Positions 41,377 to 50,659 of a stretch of DNA of 64,000 nt are shown piece after piece. The stretch comes from an uncultured Thermodesulfobacteriota bacterium. GTDB lineage: Bacteria > Desulfobacterota > WTBG01. Below the pieces are notes generated by a model that saw only the letters and a list, made by a program, of their open reading frames with translations, did not search any database and was not told where the DNA came from. Location: contig CAZOKO010000001.1 of the NCBI GenBank assembly GCA_964580455.1, forward strand, positions 2,992 through 66,991, in the 5' to 3' direction. A program made the translations under genes and the position numbers. Position 1 is the first letter of the stretch. Every line of letters begins with the position of its first letter.

Positions 41377-41501
41377 TACATTTTCATCTCATTATTCAAT
41401 TGGATATTTAAAGCTTTTATTACTTCTGGAAATAATACCTAATATGATAACCACGAAACACACGAAGAGTAGCCACAGATTACACAGATTTTCACAGAAT
41501 T

Positions 41502-41906
41502 TCACCTTTTCTCTGTCTTCCTTTTTATAATACTCTCTATAGTCTCAACAAATTTTAGGGCTTCATCATGCCAATTACTGACCTCATTCAAGTCAAAACG
41601 GAATAAGTCGGCATAATCACCCTTTTGTCTATTGTCAAATAATTTGTCATACATTTGAGCTAATTCTGGATTTACTAAACCAGTTTTAACAAAGTTTTGG
41701 TGAAAGAGAGAACGAACACCACTATGTTTAGCAGAAGATAGTCCATCCAAAAGTAACAAAGCAGAAACAGCGTAAAAACAGGCATAATAAAGACGATTAA
41801 CAAAGGTATTAGTATAACCCTGTTCGATGAGAATTTTAGCTTCCTCAAGAGATTCACGACTTCGCTCAAGCCGATAATTTACTAAGATAAGGGTTTCTTC
41901 GTTCAT
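41502..41906 (-). CDS. HEPN-domain protein (TA pair 2)
   Basis: HEPN-like helical protein. Start trimmed to MNEETLIL… giving a 4-bp overlap with the upstream MNT gene. Confidence 0.55.
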   Translation of the reverse strand: MNEETLILVNYRLERSRESLEEAKILIEQGYTNTFVNRLYYACFYAVSALLLLDGLSSAKHSGVRSLFHQNFVKTGLVNPELAQMYDKLFDNRQKGDYADLFRFDLNEVSNWHDEALKFVETIESIIKRKTEKR

Positions 41907-42250
41907 AAAACAATACCTTCCCTTTGAATATTTTGACATAGTGGCATTGCATTATATAATGTAGAGTTCCAATCTTTTTCCCTCATCAGAATAACAGTTA
42001 ATACAGCCCCTGTTTCAAGCTCTATTGAAAATAACTGCCGACGGAAAACATCCTCTCTATCAATGGTGACTTCACCATCTGTTAAAATAAGCAAATCATA
42101 ATCTGATTCTGGTTCAGCATCTCCTCTTGCTCTCGAACCATAAAGAATAATTTTTGCAGAAGATTCAATGTTTTTGATAGCATTGCGAGATCTTTCCAAT
42201 ATATCCATTTCTAATTTATTTATAGCCTTATGGTCTTTCAGTTGTTTCAT
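41903..42250 (-). CDS. minimal nucleotidyltransferase MNT (TA pair 2)
   Basis: …IILYGSRARGDAEPESDYDLLIL… NTase motif. Confidence 0.7.
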   Translation of the reverse strand: MKQLKDHKAINKLEMDILERSRNAIKNIESSAKIILYGSRARGDAEPESDYDLLILTDGEVTIDREDVFRRQLFSIELETGAVLTVILMREKDWNSTLYNAMPLCQNIQREGIVL

Positions 42251-42377
42251 ATTTTAACCAACTTACAAACAACCACTAAGGTCACTAAAGACACAAAGTG
42301 TTAAAATGTTTAGCCACAGATTGCACGGATTTTTACAGGATTTTCTTTTTACTTCTTCGTGTGCTTCGTGGTTAAGA

Positions 42378-42818
42378 TCAATCCTTTCTATCTTCACTTT
42401 CTCTTTCTAAAATTCCTTCCAGTAATTTTGAAACAAGAGGTTTGAGTTCGGCAAACATACTAATAGCCTCCCATCGGAAGTTAAGATATCTATGAGCAAG
42501 ACGATTCCTCTGAATAGCTAATTTAGATAACTTCTCCTGCTCTTCTTCAGAAAAATCAAAAATTCTCGCGCATTCTTTTAAAACCTGAGCATAATTCTCT
42601 ATGGGTATAGCTTCCTGAGTAAGTACAGTCCCACTTACTTCGATGAGTGCAGTTAAAATATTCTCTACGGTACGATCCATTAATTTCTGGAGTTTTTTAT
42701 CTTTCTGATAATCTTCCCAAGTCATAGAGACATAATCTTCATCAAACTCCTTCATCTCTTGAGAGATGAACTGTAATGACTCAATTATCCTCCCCACTGC
42801 ATATCTAAATTCTGGCAT
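42378..42818 (-). CDS. HepT-like (DUF86) HEPN toxin (TA pair 3)
   Basis: C-terminal R-x4-H-x-Y motif (RNRLAHRY), diagnostic of HepT/DUF86. Confidence 0.7.
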   Translation of the reverse strand: MPEFRYAVGRIIESLQFISQEMKEFDEDYVSMTWEDYQKDKKLQKLMDRTVENILTALIEVSGTVLTQEAIPIENYAQVLKECARIFDFSEEEQEKLSKLAIQRNRLAHRYLNFRWEAISMFAELKPLVSKLLEGILERESEDRKD

Positions 42819-42821
42819 ACA

Positions 42822-43256
42822 TTATCTCCTCATATTTTCTCTAGCTATTTCTAATTGCCAGGGAATACCAAAAATGCAAAAGTCTTCCATTTGAAAAATA
42901 GCTGATATTTTTAAATCAAGGTATCTTTTCTCATCCCTGATGAACAAAGGCTTTCCTAAAACAATGGCATTATAATAAAGCATGGGCTTACGGAAATCTT
43001 CAAAAACAGGGATGACGTTTACCTCCTGATTCAAACTCGTACTCAATTCATAAGAAATATCCGTAATCAATTGAAAATATTCCTCTTGCCTAATACTAGA
43101 GGAAAAGACTATAGCTAAATCTATATCTGATTCTCTGTGAGGGTATCCAGTTGCCCAGGAACCATAGAGAAAAGCCATGTCTATACCATATTGTGAGGAT
43201 TTTTTTTTAAAAAAGTCTTTTAATTCCAAAATGATTTCTTCTGCTGTATTTTTCAT
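42822..43256 (-). CDS. MntA-like nucleotidyltransferase antitoxin (TA pair 3)
   Basis: …AFLYGSWATGYPHRESDIDLAIVF… NTase motif. It lies 3 bp upstream of the DUF86 gene. Confidence 0.7.
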   Translation of the reverse strand: MKNTAEEIILELKDFFKKKSSQYGIDMAFLYGSWATGYPHRESDIDLAIVFSSSIRQEEYFQLITDISYELSTSLNQEVNVIPVFEDFRKPMLYYNAIVLGKPLFIRDEKRYLDLKISAIFQMEDFCIFGIPWQLEIARENMRR

Positions 43257-43302
43257 TTAACTTAAGGACACTCCTTAAACAACGTCTAAAAATAAATCCT
43301 CG

Positions 43303-43612
43303 AAGCTCACGAAGTGTTGAAATATTTCTAGCCACAGATTTTCACAAGAAGGTATTTACAAAAACGCAAACTCCCCTACGGCTTCAATAACTGAAAAAGT
43401 TCTGTTTTTTAAATAGCTAATTCTTTATATCTAAAATCTTAATAATCTGCGTTTATCTGCGTCCGAGAAATAAATTTCTTATAGTATAAATTGTGTGTTC
43501 AATTATTGAACATTATAAACTAATATCGGAATATGTCAAGATTTCCTTTAACTTTTTGTAGTTATTTACCACAGAGAACACTGAGATCATAAATTGAAAC
43601 CACGAAGTTCCT
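43303..43612. repeat. ~300-bp direct repeat, copy 2 (right flank of TA array)
   Basis: Near-identical to copy 1 and lies immediately upstream (minus-strand sense) of TA pair 3. Confidence 0.85.
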
Positions 43613-43633
43613 TTACGGGATAACAGGATAAAC

Positions 43634-43680
43634 AAGATGCTAACTTCATTCGCCCTACGGGCTACTTCCGTTAGCATCAT
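43634..43680 (-). terminator. hairpin terminator after hypothetical gene 43689–44210
   Basis: gatgctaac…gttagcatc 9-bp stem enclosing an inner gccc-tac-gggc hairpin. In minus-strand sense it is followed by a T-rich run (TTGTTTAT). Confidence 0.55.
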
Positions 43681-43688
43681 TATCTTCC

Positions 43689-44210
43689 TTACACCTCATC
43701 CCCTGGAGGGTATACAGATTCGGAAACATTATAAATGCCCCATTCACTCTCATCCCATATCACCTCATCTTCTTTACAAAAATCCGGTTTATCTTTCTTA
43801 GCAAAAACAAAATAACAAGTCATCCCTCTCCTTTTTGGGTCAAGCAGAGAAAATTCCTTCATATCTTGTGAGTTTAAAAAGTGTACCTTTCGAGGTAGCA
43901 CTATCTTATATGCGTGAGCCAAAGAAAATCGAGGGTTAATAAAATATACCACACCGTTTTCCCCGCTGTTATCCTTCACAAAATACATAAGCTTATAAAC
44001 CTTGCGTAAACGCTCCGTATTAGGATTATCCTTGCTTCCTTCCGATAATAATATTTCCCTCTCAGATGTACCCCAGTGACTTATCATAAAAGAAAAGCGA
44101 GGGTATAAAAAAACAATGGATAGTAAAATGATGTTACCTACTGCAATAACATATAAAAACATCTTTATAAATAAACTATAATTGGCTTTTCTTACTAAAG
44201 AAGTAGACAA
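43689..44210 (-). CDS. hypothetical membrane-anchored protein
   Basis: 173-aa ORF with one N-terminal TM helix. It is immediately downstream of, and co-oriented with, the GT-C-like gene. Confidence 0.4.
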   Translation of the reverse strand: MSTSLVRKANYSLFIKMFLYVIAVGNIILLSIVFLYPRFSFMISHWGTSEREILLSEGSKDNPNTERLRKVYKLMYFVKDNSGENGVVYFINPRFSLAHAYKIVLPRKVHFLNSQDMKEFSLLDPKRRGMTCYFVFAKKDKPDFCKEDEVIWDESEWGIYNVSESVYPPGDEV

Positions 44211-44212
44211 TT

Positions 44213-45862
44213 TTATTCCTCAAATGCCTTTTGAATTCTTCTGGATATGGCAAAGAAAAAGATGATAACAGGATAAATAGGAAGGAGCCCTCTAATCTGA
44301 GCACTGTTTATTACCTTACCAGGATGATAAACAATAGTTTTTAAAAATTCTACCAGATCATAACTCCAATTAAGCATAGAGTATCCTTTAGGATAAAGAG
44401 AGAAGTAGAACCAACCGCATATAATAATATTTAATATTAAAAACGAGAGTATAAAGATAAATAAATAAGCATGTTCTCTTATAATATTTTTGTATTTTAT
44501 TAAAGGTAATAGCACTATCAGAACTGAGGTTGGGAGAAAAAATACATTGCCAAATATAAATATGATTGATCTCATAGCTAATGTCTTTACAAAAAAGAGA
44601 AATTGACTGACAAAATCTAAATTATTTTGAACATTTTGAGGAATGAAAGCATATACAATTAGAAGAATAGCTAAACTTAACCCTATCACTTTCATCAGGG
44701 TAAAAATTCGTTTTTCATATTTATCAACGAAATTTATGAGACTACTACAGCTTTTTTTCTTTAGGATAATGTTGGAAGATACTATAATAACTATTATTAA
44801 AATGATTATAGCTAGAGAGAATAGCTGATAGGTTTCACCGGGAACTAATGTATAACTAGAAAAAAAAGACCAGAGAAAAGATATAAATAAAGAAGGTAAA
44901 GCCAGGTACAATAGATTCTTTGAAAGATGATATCTTAGTGAATAGAGAGCCGTAAGAATTAACGGTATAAGAAAATATACCAACATCTCAAATCTGGTGA
45001 AAATGGAGAGGCTATAAAATACACCTGCAAGTAGTGGATGAGAATAATTGATCCTAGCCTCATTTCCTGATTCGGAAATATCGCTCAGATGAGAAAACCA
45101 AAATAGTGTTGCAATAGAAAAATAATACGCTGCTGTTAAATTGAGGATACCTAAAAAACTATGCCACCAGATATAAGGAGTGGTAGCAAGAATTAATGTG
45201 AAAATTAAGGATGTTTTTTTATTTATCTCTAAAGCAATTAGCCTAAAATAAAAGCATAATACTAATGATAAGTAGAAAAGTGAAAAAATAATCTTTGGAT
45301 GTGTCCCACCGAGAAAATATACAAAAGAGTATGATAAGGGGATAAGTGGAGGATATGGCATGAAATAGTTTTCGGGTTCAATGGCTCTATTTACAGCCAT
45401 TAACTTACCTGTAGCTTCATAACCTATTCCATCGGCAATCATAATAGGATAATAGTATGAAAATATTAAACTGACTATAAATAGAGGAAGAACGGCGAGA
45501 TACAATTTGTAATTCAACTGCGAAAACCAACTGCCCTCAGAGAATATAGTCCTCTTGCTCAAATGATTCAAACGGGTGGCATCCAACTTCCCTATCACAC
45601 CCCTGACAACAAAAAGCACTATTGAGATTAAAAGTATTAAAATAATTAACTGTGTTTTAGAATTCAAAAAGTTAAAGCAAAGCATCAGAAACACTAGCAG
45701 CGAAGTAAATCCAATCCCCATGCCATAAGACAAACTCAATTTCTCTTCAAAAGCTAAATCAGATGCAAGCAAATCCAGCAAGAAATACCCTATTACAATA
45801 AGCAACAAAAAACTAATCGTTAAAACCATCTGGCTACCTATTCTTAAGTAGGTATAGGACAA
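44213..45862 (-). CDS. polytopic membrane protein, putative GT-C-fold glycosyltransferase (ArnT/PMT-like)
   Basis: 549 aa with more than 12 predicted TM helices, rich in F/Y/L, and with periplasmic-loop-like segments. No specific motif was identified. Its context is a Dpm1-like GT2 at 48285. Confidence 0.35.
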   Translation of the reverse strand: MSYTYLRIGSQMVLTISFLLLIVIGYFLLDLLASDLAFEEKLSLSYGMGIGFTSLLVFLMLCFNFLNSKTQLIILILLISIVLFVVRGVIGKLDATRLNHLSKRTIFSEGSWFSQLNYKLYLAVLPLFIVSLIFSYYYPIMIADGIGYEATGKLMAVNRAIEPENYFMPYPPLIPLSYSFVYFLGGTHPKIIFSLFYLSLVLCFYFRLIALEINKKTSLIFTLILATTPYIWWHSFLGILNLTAAYYFSIATLFWFSHLSDISESGNEARINYSHPLLAGVFYSLSIFTRFEMLVYFLIPLILTALYSLRYHLSKNLLYLALPSLFISFLWSFFSSYTLVPGETYQLFSLAIIILIIVIIVSSNIILKKKSCSSLINFVDKYEKRIFTLMKVIGLSLAILLIVYAFIPQNVQNNLDFVSQFLFFVKTLAMRSIIFIFGNVFFLPTSVLIVLLPLIKYKNIIREHAYLFIFILSFLILNIIICGWFYFSLYPKGYSMLNWSYDLVEFLKTIVYHPGKVINSAQIRGLLPIYPVIIFFFAISRRIQKAFEE

Positions 45863-46085
45863 TCATTATTTATAATATTTTTCTGTTTTTCCTTTAAATC
45901 ACACCTGCAATTTCACTCACGAGATCCAACATAATATAGCTTTGAATAAAACATCTATTAACCATTTTTCGCCAATGTGAAGCTTGCTACCCCGAGGGCG
46001 AGGTTTCCTGGAATTAATTCTATTGTTTGCAAAACATACCTTTTGATCCAACTGCCCTGATATAGTTATTCCTCCCCTGAAAACT

Positions 46086-47507
46086 TTATCCCCATAACAT
46101 ACCTATTGCAAGGTTTGCCTTTGTCATCAAATCACCCCAAGAGCGGATTTTCAGCGCTTCCTTAAAGATATATTTTGGTCGCATATAAAAATCCTTGTAT
46201 GCCTTTTTTAAAATACTAACCAGCTCCTCTCGAGGTAATGTATTGGGTAAGGTGGGGGGGACAAAATCAGGCTGTGGTGATTTCGCAAACTCCTGCCAAT
46301 AATCAGAATAATACAGCCCATTGTGAAGCGCTTCAATGTAAAGAGGTGTTCCAGGGAATGGAGTTAAAATTGCAAAATGGGCATAATCCGGATTAAGTTC
46401 AAGTGCAAAATCAAAGGTTTCCTGCATCTGAGAGCGCGTTTCATTAGGACAGCCAAACATAAAATACCCCAGAGTTTCAATGCCTGCTTCATGTGCATCA
46501 TGAAAAGCTTTAATGGCAAGTTTTCGTGTAATTCCCTTTTTTAATACCTTCATCATTTCCGAACTTCCCGTTTCAACTCCAAAGTGGATTCGTGTACAAC
46601 CTGCACGTTTCGCCAATTCAAGCATATCACTACTAACATCATTTACTCTTGCACGAATATCCCATTCAATTTGAATATTCTTTTGTAAAATCATTTCACA
46701 GATTTCATAAACTCGATCTCTTTTAATTGTAAATGTATCATCGTAAAAGATGATCTCTCGAATCCCAAGTTCGAGCACCTGTTCAATTTCATTTACAACA
46801 TACCGTGGTGAGTGAAAACGAAATTTCTTTCCAAGGTTTGGCCGATCACAAAAAATGCATTTATAAGGACATCCTCTTGAGGAAAAAGCGGTAGTCACAT
46901 AATGTTCTCCTGAATCTCTTGTGGACAAAATCGAGTGATAAAACCTGTAATCAAGCAAACGTCGGTTCGGCACAGGCAACTCATCAAGATCTGCAATAAA
47001 ATCGTCGGTTGGATTACATTTGATCTGATTCTCTTCTTTCCAGTATAACCCCGGAACCAAATTATATTCTCTCCTGTTTTCAGCCAATAAATTGACCAAC
47101 TTTGCAAACGGTTTTTCTCCTTCTCCTTTCAACACAAAGGTAACACCAGGGATGTTTATGGTTTCTTTGGGATAAATCGCCAAGTGGGGACCACCCAGTA
47201 CGATCGAGGCAGTGGGATTCTCCATACGAATCGCTTTCACAGTCTTTATAACATCAATCATAGCAAAGGTGACGGCAGTAATCCCTACAACGTCATAATC
47301 TCTTGCTACATTCGCTACTTTTGCATAATCTGCATCATAAATAGCTGCATCATAAATTTTAACAGAATGGTTTGTATTCTTTTCAAGATAAGATGCAATG
47401 TACAACAGTCCCAATGGAGGTAAAAACGTTGTTTTCTGTTGCAAAAACTCCGGGACATTTGATGTAATAGTATAATTATTCGGAGGATTAACCAGAATTA
47501 CTTTCAT
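46086..47507 (-). CDS. B12-binding-domain radical SAM protein (class B)
   Basis: N-terminal cobalamin-binding Rossmann region followed by the radical SAM motif SRGCPYKCIFCD. Start trimmed to MKVILVNPP…. Confidence 0.7.
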   Translation of the reverse strand: MKVILVNPPNNYTITSNVPEFLQQKTTFLPPLGLLYIASYLEKNTNHSVKIYDAAIYDADYAKVANVARDYDVVGITAVTFAMIDVIKTVKAIRMENPTASIVLGGPHLAIYPKETINIPGVTFVLKGEGEKPFAKLVNLLAENRREYNLVPGLYWKEENQIKCNPTDDFIADLDELPVPNRRLLDYRFYHSILSTRDSGEHYVTTAFSSRGCPYKCIFCDRPNLGKKFRFHSPRYVVNEIEQVLELGIREIIFYDDTFTIKRDRVYEICEMILQKNIQIEWDIRARVNDVSSDMLELAKRAGCTRIHFGVETGSSEMMKVLKKGITRKLAIKAFHDAHEAGIETLGYFMFGCPNETRSQMQETFDFALELNPDYAHFAILTPFPGTPLYIEALHNGLYYSDYWQEFAKSPQPDFVPPTLPNTLPREELVSILKKAYKDFYMRPKYIFKEALKIRSWGDLMTKANLAIGMLWG

Positions 47508-47624
47508 AATATACACAATCAACCCCAAAAAGTTATCATCCTATTTTCCAAATGAAAGAATACTTTTCATTATTGGCAATATAGTTTTACAGATTAACAT
47601 ATTATTTATAAAAAATAGAGCTTA

Positions 47625-48209
47625 TCATTTCCTCTCAAAAATATATAATTTATTTAAAAACTGGAATTTAACTTTTTTGATCAATTTGAATCCACATCCG
47701 ATCAACAAATTCATTATATATTCACGCTTTAGACCTTCTTCTTCACCTTCTTTTTTTTCTCTTCCTTCCTCGATTTTATCAATCCAGAACATTCTATGCC
47801 TTACTTTCCCTATTATTGGTTCAAGATTTGTTATAATGACTCTTCCATAACTTTTTAAAATTCTATCCACTTCTGTTATCACTTCCTTCCGATTTGGAAT
47901 GTGATTAAAACTAGCTACAAATGCGACAGTATCAAAAGCATTCTCTTTAAACGGTAATTTAGATGGGTCTTCAATTATGATTGCCCCTCCACTAAAATCA
48001 AAAACATCTACACCAACACTACCGTTCCCATATTTTTTCACCAGAATGTTAGGCCCACATCCAACATCTAATAATCTACCTTTTGCAAATTTTATAACTA
48101 TCTCATTGCGCTCATCGCGAATCGACTTTAAGCCAATTTTACTAGTAAATTCATGAGGCATAGATAATCTTAGAGGAAGGAAAATTTTATTTATAATACC
48201 GTATATCAC
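47625..48209 (-). CDS. class I SAM-dependent methyltransferase
   Basis: Motif I LLDVGCGPN. 194 aa. Confidence 0.6.
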   Translation of the reverse strand: MIYGIINKIFLPLRLSMPHEFTSKIGLKSIRDERNEIVIKFAKGRLLDVGCGPNILVKKYGNGSVGVDVFDFSGGAIIIEDPSKLPFKENAFDTVAFVASFNHIPNRKEVITEVDRILKSYGRVIITNLEPIIGKVRHRMFWIDKIEEGREKKEGEEEGLKREYIMNLLIGCGFKLIKKVKFQFLNKLYIFERK

Positions 48210-48284
48210 ATCCTATTACCCCTCTACTTTTGACTCTATTATTTAAACCTAACGGGATATTCTGGATTATTCTCTTCAAGACTT

Positions 48285-49154
48285 TTATTCATTAATGCGC
48301 CGCATCAGAGATATTTGATCAGCAATCAGCCCAAAGAAAAAAATATTCAAGCCAGAAATGGTTGCAAAGAGAGCACCTTTCGGGAATGAGAGAAAATAAA
48401 CAATTCCGTAAATTGAATATACAAGACCAACAAATAACATGGTTAAACCAATAGGAGCAAATATTTTTAATGGATTGAATAACATGATAATTCTTAATAT
48501 CAAAAGTAAAGTTTTAAGTCCGTCATTTGCTGTAACCAGACTTTTACCCCCAGTTCTTTTTCCTACATCTATTGGCACAAAGGTCACATTGTAGGCTGCT
48601 TTAATGAAAGCCAGTGTCATAGTAGCTGTAATAGAAAATCCGTTTGGATACAAATGTATAAATTCCATGAAAATATCTTTTCTCACAGCGCGAAACCCCG
48701 AGTTCAAATCAGGGATTTTTTTATTAACAAGATATTCCGCTGTGTGTTTCAATATCCATTTCCCAAAACTGCGAACAGCAGGCCATCTTCTTCCTCCTCG
48801 CTCTCCAACGACCATATCAAATACACTCATTTTCTCAACAAGGCGGTTTATATCATTAACTGAATGCTGACCGTCAGCATCCATCATAACAACAATATCT
48901 GTGCTGGCCAAACGAACTCCAGTCTTGATTGCCGCACCATAGCCTTTATTATATGGATGATTTATAATTTTAATTATTCCATTTTCAGAACTATTCTTAA
49001 ACTCTTCTAAAATAGTACGGCTTTCATCAGTAGATCCGTCATTTACGAAAACCAATTCAAAATCCTGTGAATCGAGGAAGTGTTTTAAACATTGTAGAAC
49101 GTCAGGCAATGTCTTTTCTTCATTGTAAACAGCTATAACAACTGTGTAATTCAT
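48285..49154 (-). CDS. Dpm1/GtrB/ArnC-like polyprenyl-phosphate glycosyltransferase (GT2) with C-terminal TM anchor
   Basis: …YTVVIAVYNEEKTLPDVL…VFVNDGSTDES… followed by two C-terminal TM helices, as in the GtrB/ArnC family. Confidence 0.7.
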   Translation of the reverse strand: MNYTVVIAVYNEEKTLPDVLQCLKHFLDSQDFELVFVNDGSTDESRTILEEFKNSSENGIIKIINHPYNKGYGAAIKTGVRLASTDIVVMMDADGQHSVNDINRLVEKMSVFDMVVGERGGRRWPAVRSFGKWILKHTAEYLVNKKIPDLNSGFRAVRKDIFMEFIHLYPNGFSITATMTLAFIKAAYNVTFVPIDVGKRTGGKSLVTANDGLKTLLLILRIIMLFNPLKIFAPIGLTMLFVGLVYSIYGIVYFLSFPKGALFATISGLNIFFFGLIADQISLMRRINE

Positions 49155-49277
49155 AACGTATTTACCCCCCCTTTTTACTACTTATGTAAACTCTCAGTTT
49201 TAACCATATTTTATTGCCTTTCAAATTTATCTCCATGCCAAATGGCATCTACTCATCTCTAAGATTCATATTAGTCA

Positions 49278-50417
49278 CTATACAAGTGCTTGATAAATTT
49301 CCACATACTTGTCAATAATACCATCCCACGCAAAATCATTCTTAACCAGTTCTTTAATATGTTTACCACATTTACCCCTCACCTGTTCATCAAGTAAAAC
49401 CTTAACTCTGTCTGCAAGTATGGAAGGGTTATCAAATTCTACCAGATAACCAGTCTCCCCATCTCTAATCAGTTCCCTGGCAATCCCAACCGGGGTTGAA
49501 ATAACAGGCAGGCCTGCAGCCGCTGCTTCCAGAATAGGCTGTCCAAAACTCTCATACTTTGATGCGTAAACAAAAATATCGGCAGAACAGTAGCACTCTA
49601 CTAGCGCATCACCAAATTGAGGTCCTGAAAAGTGTACTCTATCACCAACTCCCAACTGACTTGCCAGTTCAATCAATTCCTTAAGATATCCTCCCCTGGA
49701 GACACTGCTGGTCTTTTCCTCAGATCCAACCAGAGTGAGCTCTACTCCACCATTAATCTCCTTCAAAGCCCTTATCAGATTTTCCACTCTGCGATTCCTG
49801 GCAATCCTACCCACGAATAGCAATGTCACGCTGTCTTTTTCTTTACTATCAGTCACCTCATATCTATCAACATCGATGCCTGCCGGAATCAACCTCAACT
49901 TCTCTTCACTAATGCCAAACTCTATCGCATCCTCATATTCAACCCGACTTGAAACAACTACCAGATCAGCTCTTCTGGCTGTGAGCTTGAGGGTTAAAAG
50001 GTCATAAATAGCGTAGGGCAATCGGTCAAGCTTTCCTTCAAGATATCTTCTGTAACCCAGCAATGAGCCATGGGTACTGAGTATAAAAGGTTTCCTCTTT
50101 AATACAGAAAAAAAAAGACCCAGGTCGGCCTGAAAATTACGGTAATTATGGCTGTGAATCAGGTCAAAATCCTTAAACCCTTTAATCATTCCCAGACTGA
50201 TGCAATATCTCATCAATCGAAATTGATTACTATAGCGGGTAACCTTAATACCCTTAAAATCTTCTCTGCAGGGAAGGTTGTTATCAACATCACAATAGGT
50301 AGTTAAAACAGGGGAGCGAAAACCTCTTTGCTCTAGTTCCTGGGAAATCCTAAATGCCTGATTTGTAGGACCAGTGACATAGGGATAAAAGGTTTCTATG
50401 GTTCGAAGAATATTCAT
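49278..50417 (-). CDS. family 4 (GT-B, group 1) glycosyltransferase
   Basis: C-terminal E-x7-E region …ASKYESFGQPILEAAAAGLPVIS…. Confidence 0.75.
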   Translation of the reverse strand: MNILRTIETFYPYVTGPTNQAFRISQELEQRGFRSPVLTTYCDVDNNLPCREDFKGIKVTRYSNQFRLMRYCISLGMIKGFKDFDLIHSHNYRNFQADLGLFFSVLKRKPFILSTHGSLLGYRRYLEGKLDRLPYAIYDLLTLKLTARRADLVVVSSRVEYEDAIEFGISEEKLRLIPAGIDVDRYEVTDSKEKDSVTLLFVGRIARNRRVENLIRALKEINGGVELTLVGSEEKTSSVSRGGYLKELIELASQLGVGDRVHFSGPQFGDALVECYCSADIFVYASKYESFGQPILEAAAAGLPVISTPVGIARELIRDGETGYLVEFDNPSILADRVKVLLDEQVRGKCGKHIKELVKNDFAWDGIIDKYVEIYQALV

Positions 50418-50440
50418 CTTAATAGCTCAGCTATTTTTTA

Positions 50441-50480
50441 GACAGGATAACAGGATTGACAAGATAATTTCTAAAATGGA
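50441..50480 (-). promoter_or_regulatory. conserved 40-bp promoter-like motif (also at 55951–55995)
   Basis: The minus strand reads TTGTCA-N16-TAAAAA-N22-ATG of the GT4 gene. The same word (caggataaYagRattgacaagataatttctaaa) recurs upstream of the cupin gene start at 55925. Confidence 0.4.
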
Positions 50481-50659
50481 GGTTGCGTTGCTCGTATCGT
50501 CTAAAAGAATCTGAAAAAACATCTATCTGCGTTTACCCCGTTAGATAAAATTTCAGAATGTACCGCATTATACATTTTTGTCTTGAATTGTTTGAAACAT
50601 ACATAAAACCTATGCTGATTATCTAACGGGGTGAATCTGCGTCCAAAAATTGATTTCAA

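Noticed and set aside
40263-43612. Integron-like gene cassette array (repeat–cassette–repeat organisation of TA genes)
   Set aside because: No IntI-type tyrosine recombinase in the window. The inter-cassette elements do not show attC R''/L''–L'/R' structure with GTTRRRY core sites (gttaaga and gttaaaa fail the consensus). The flanking repeats are long direct repeats rather than short imperfect palindromes.
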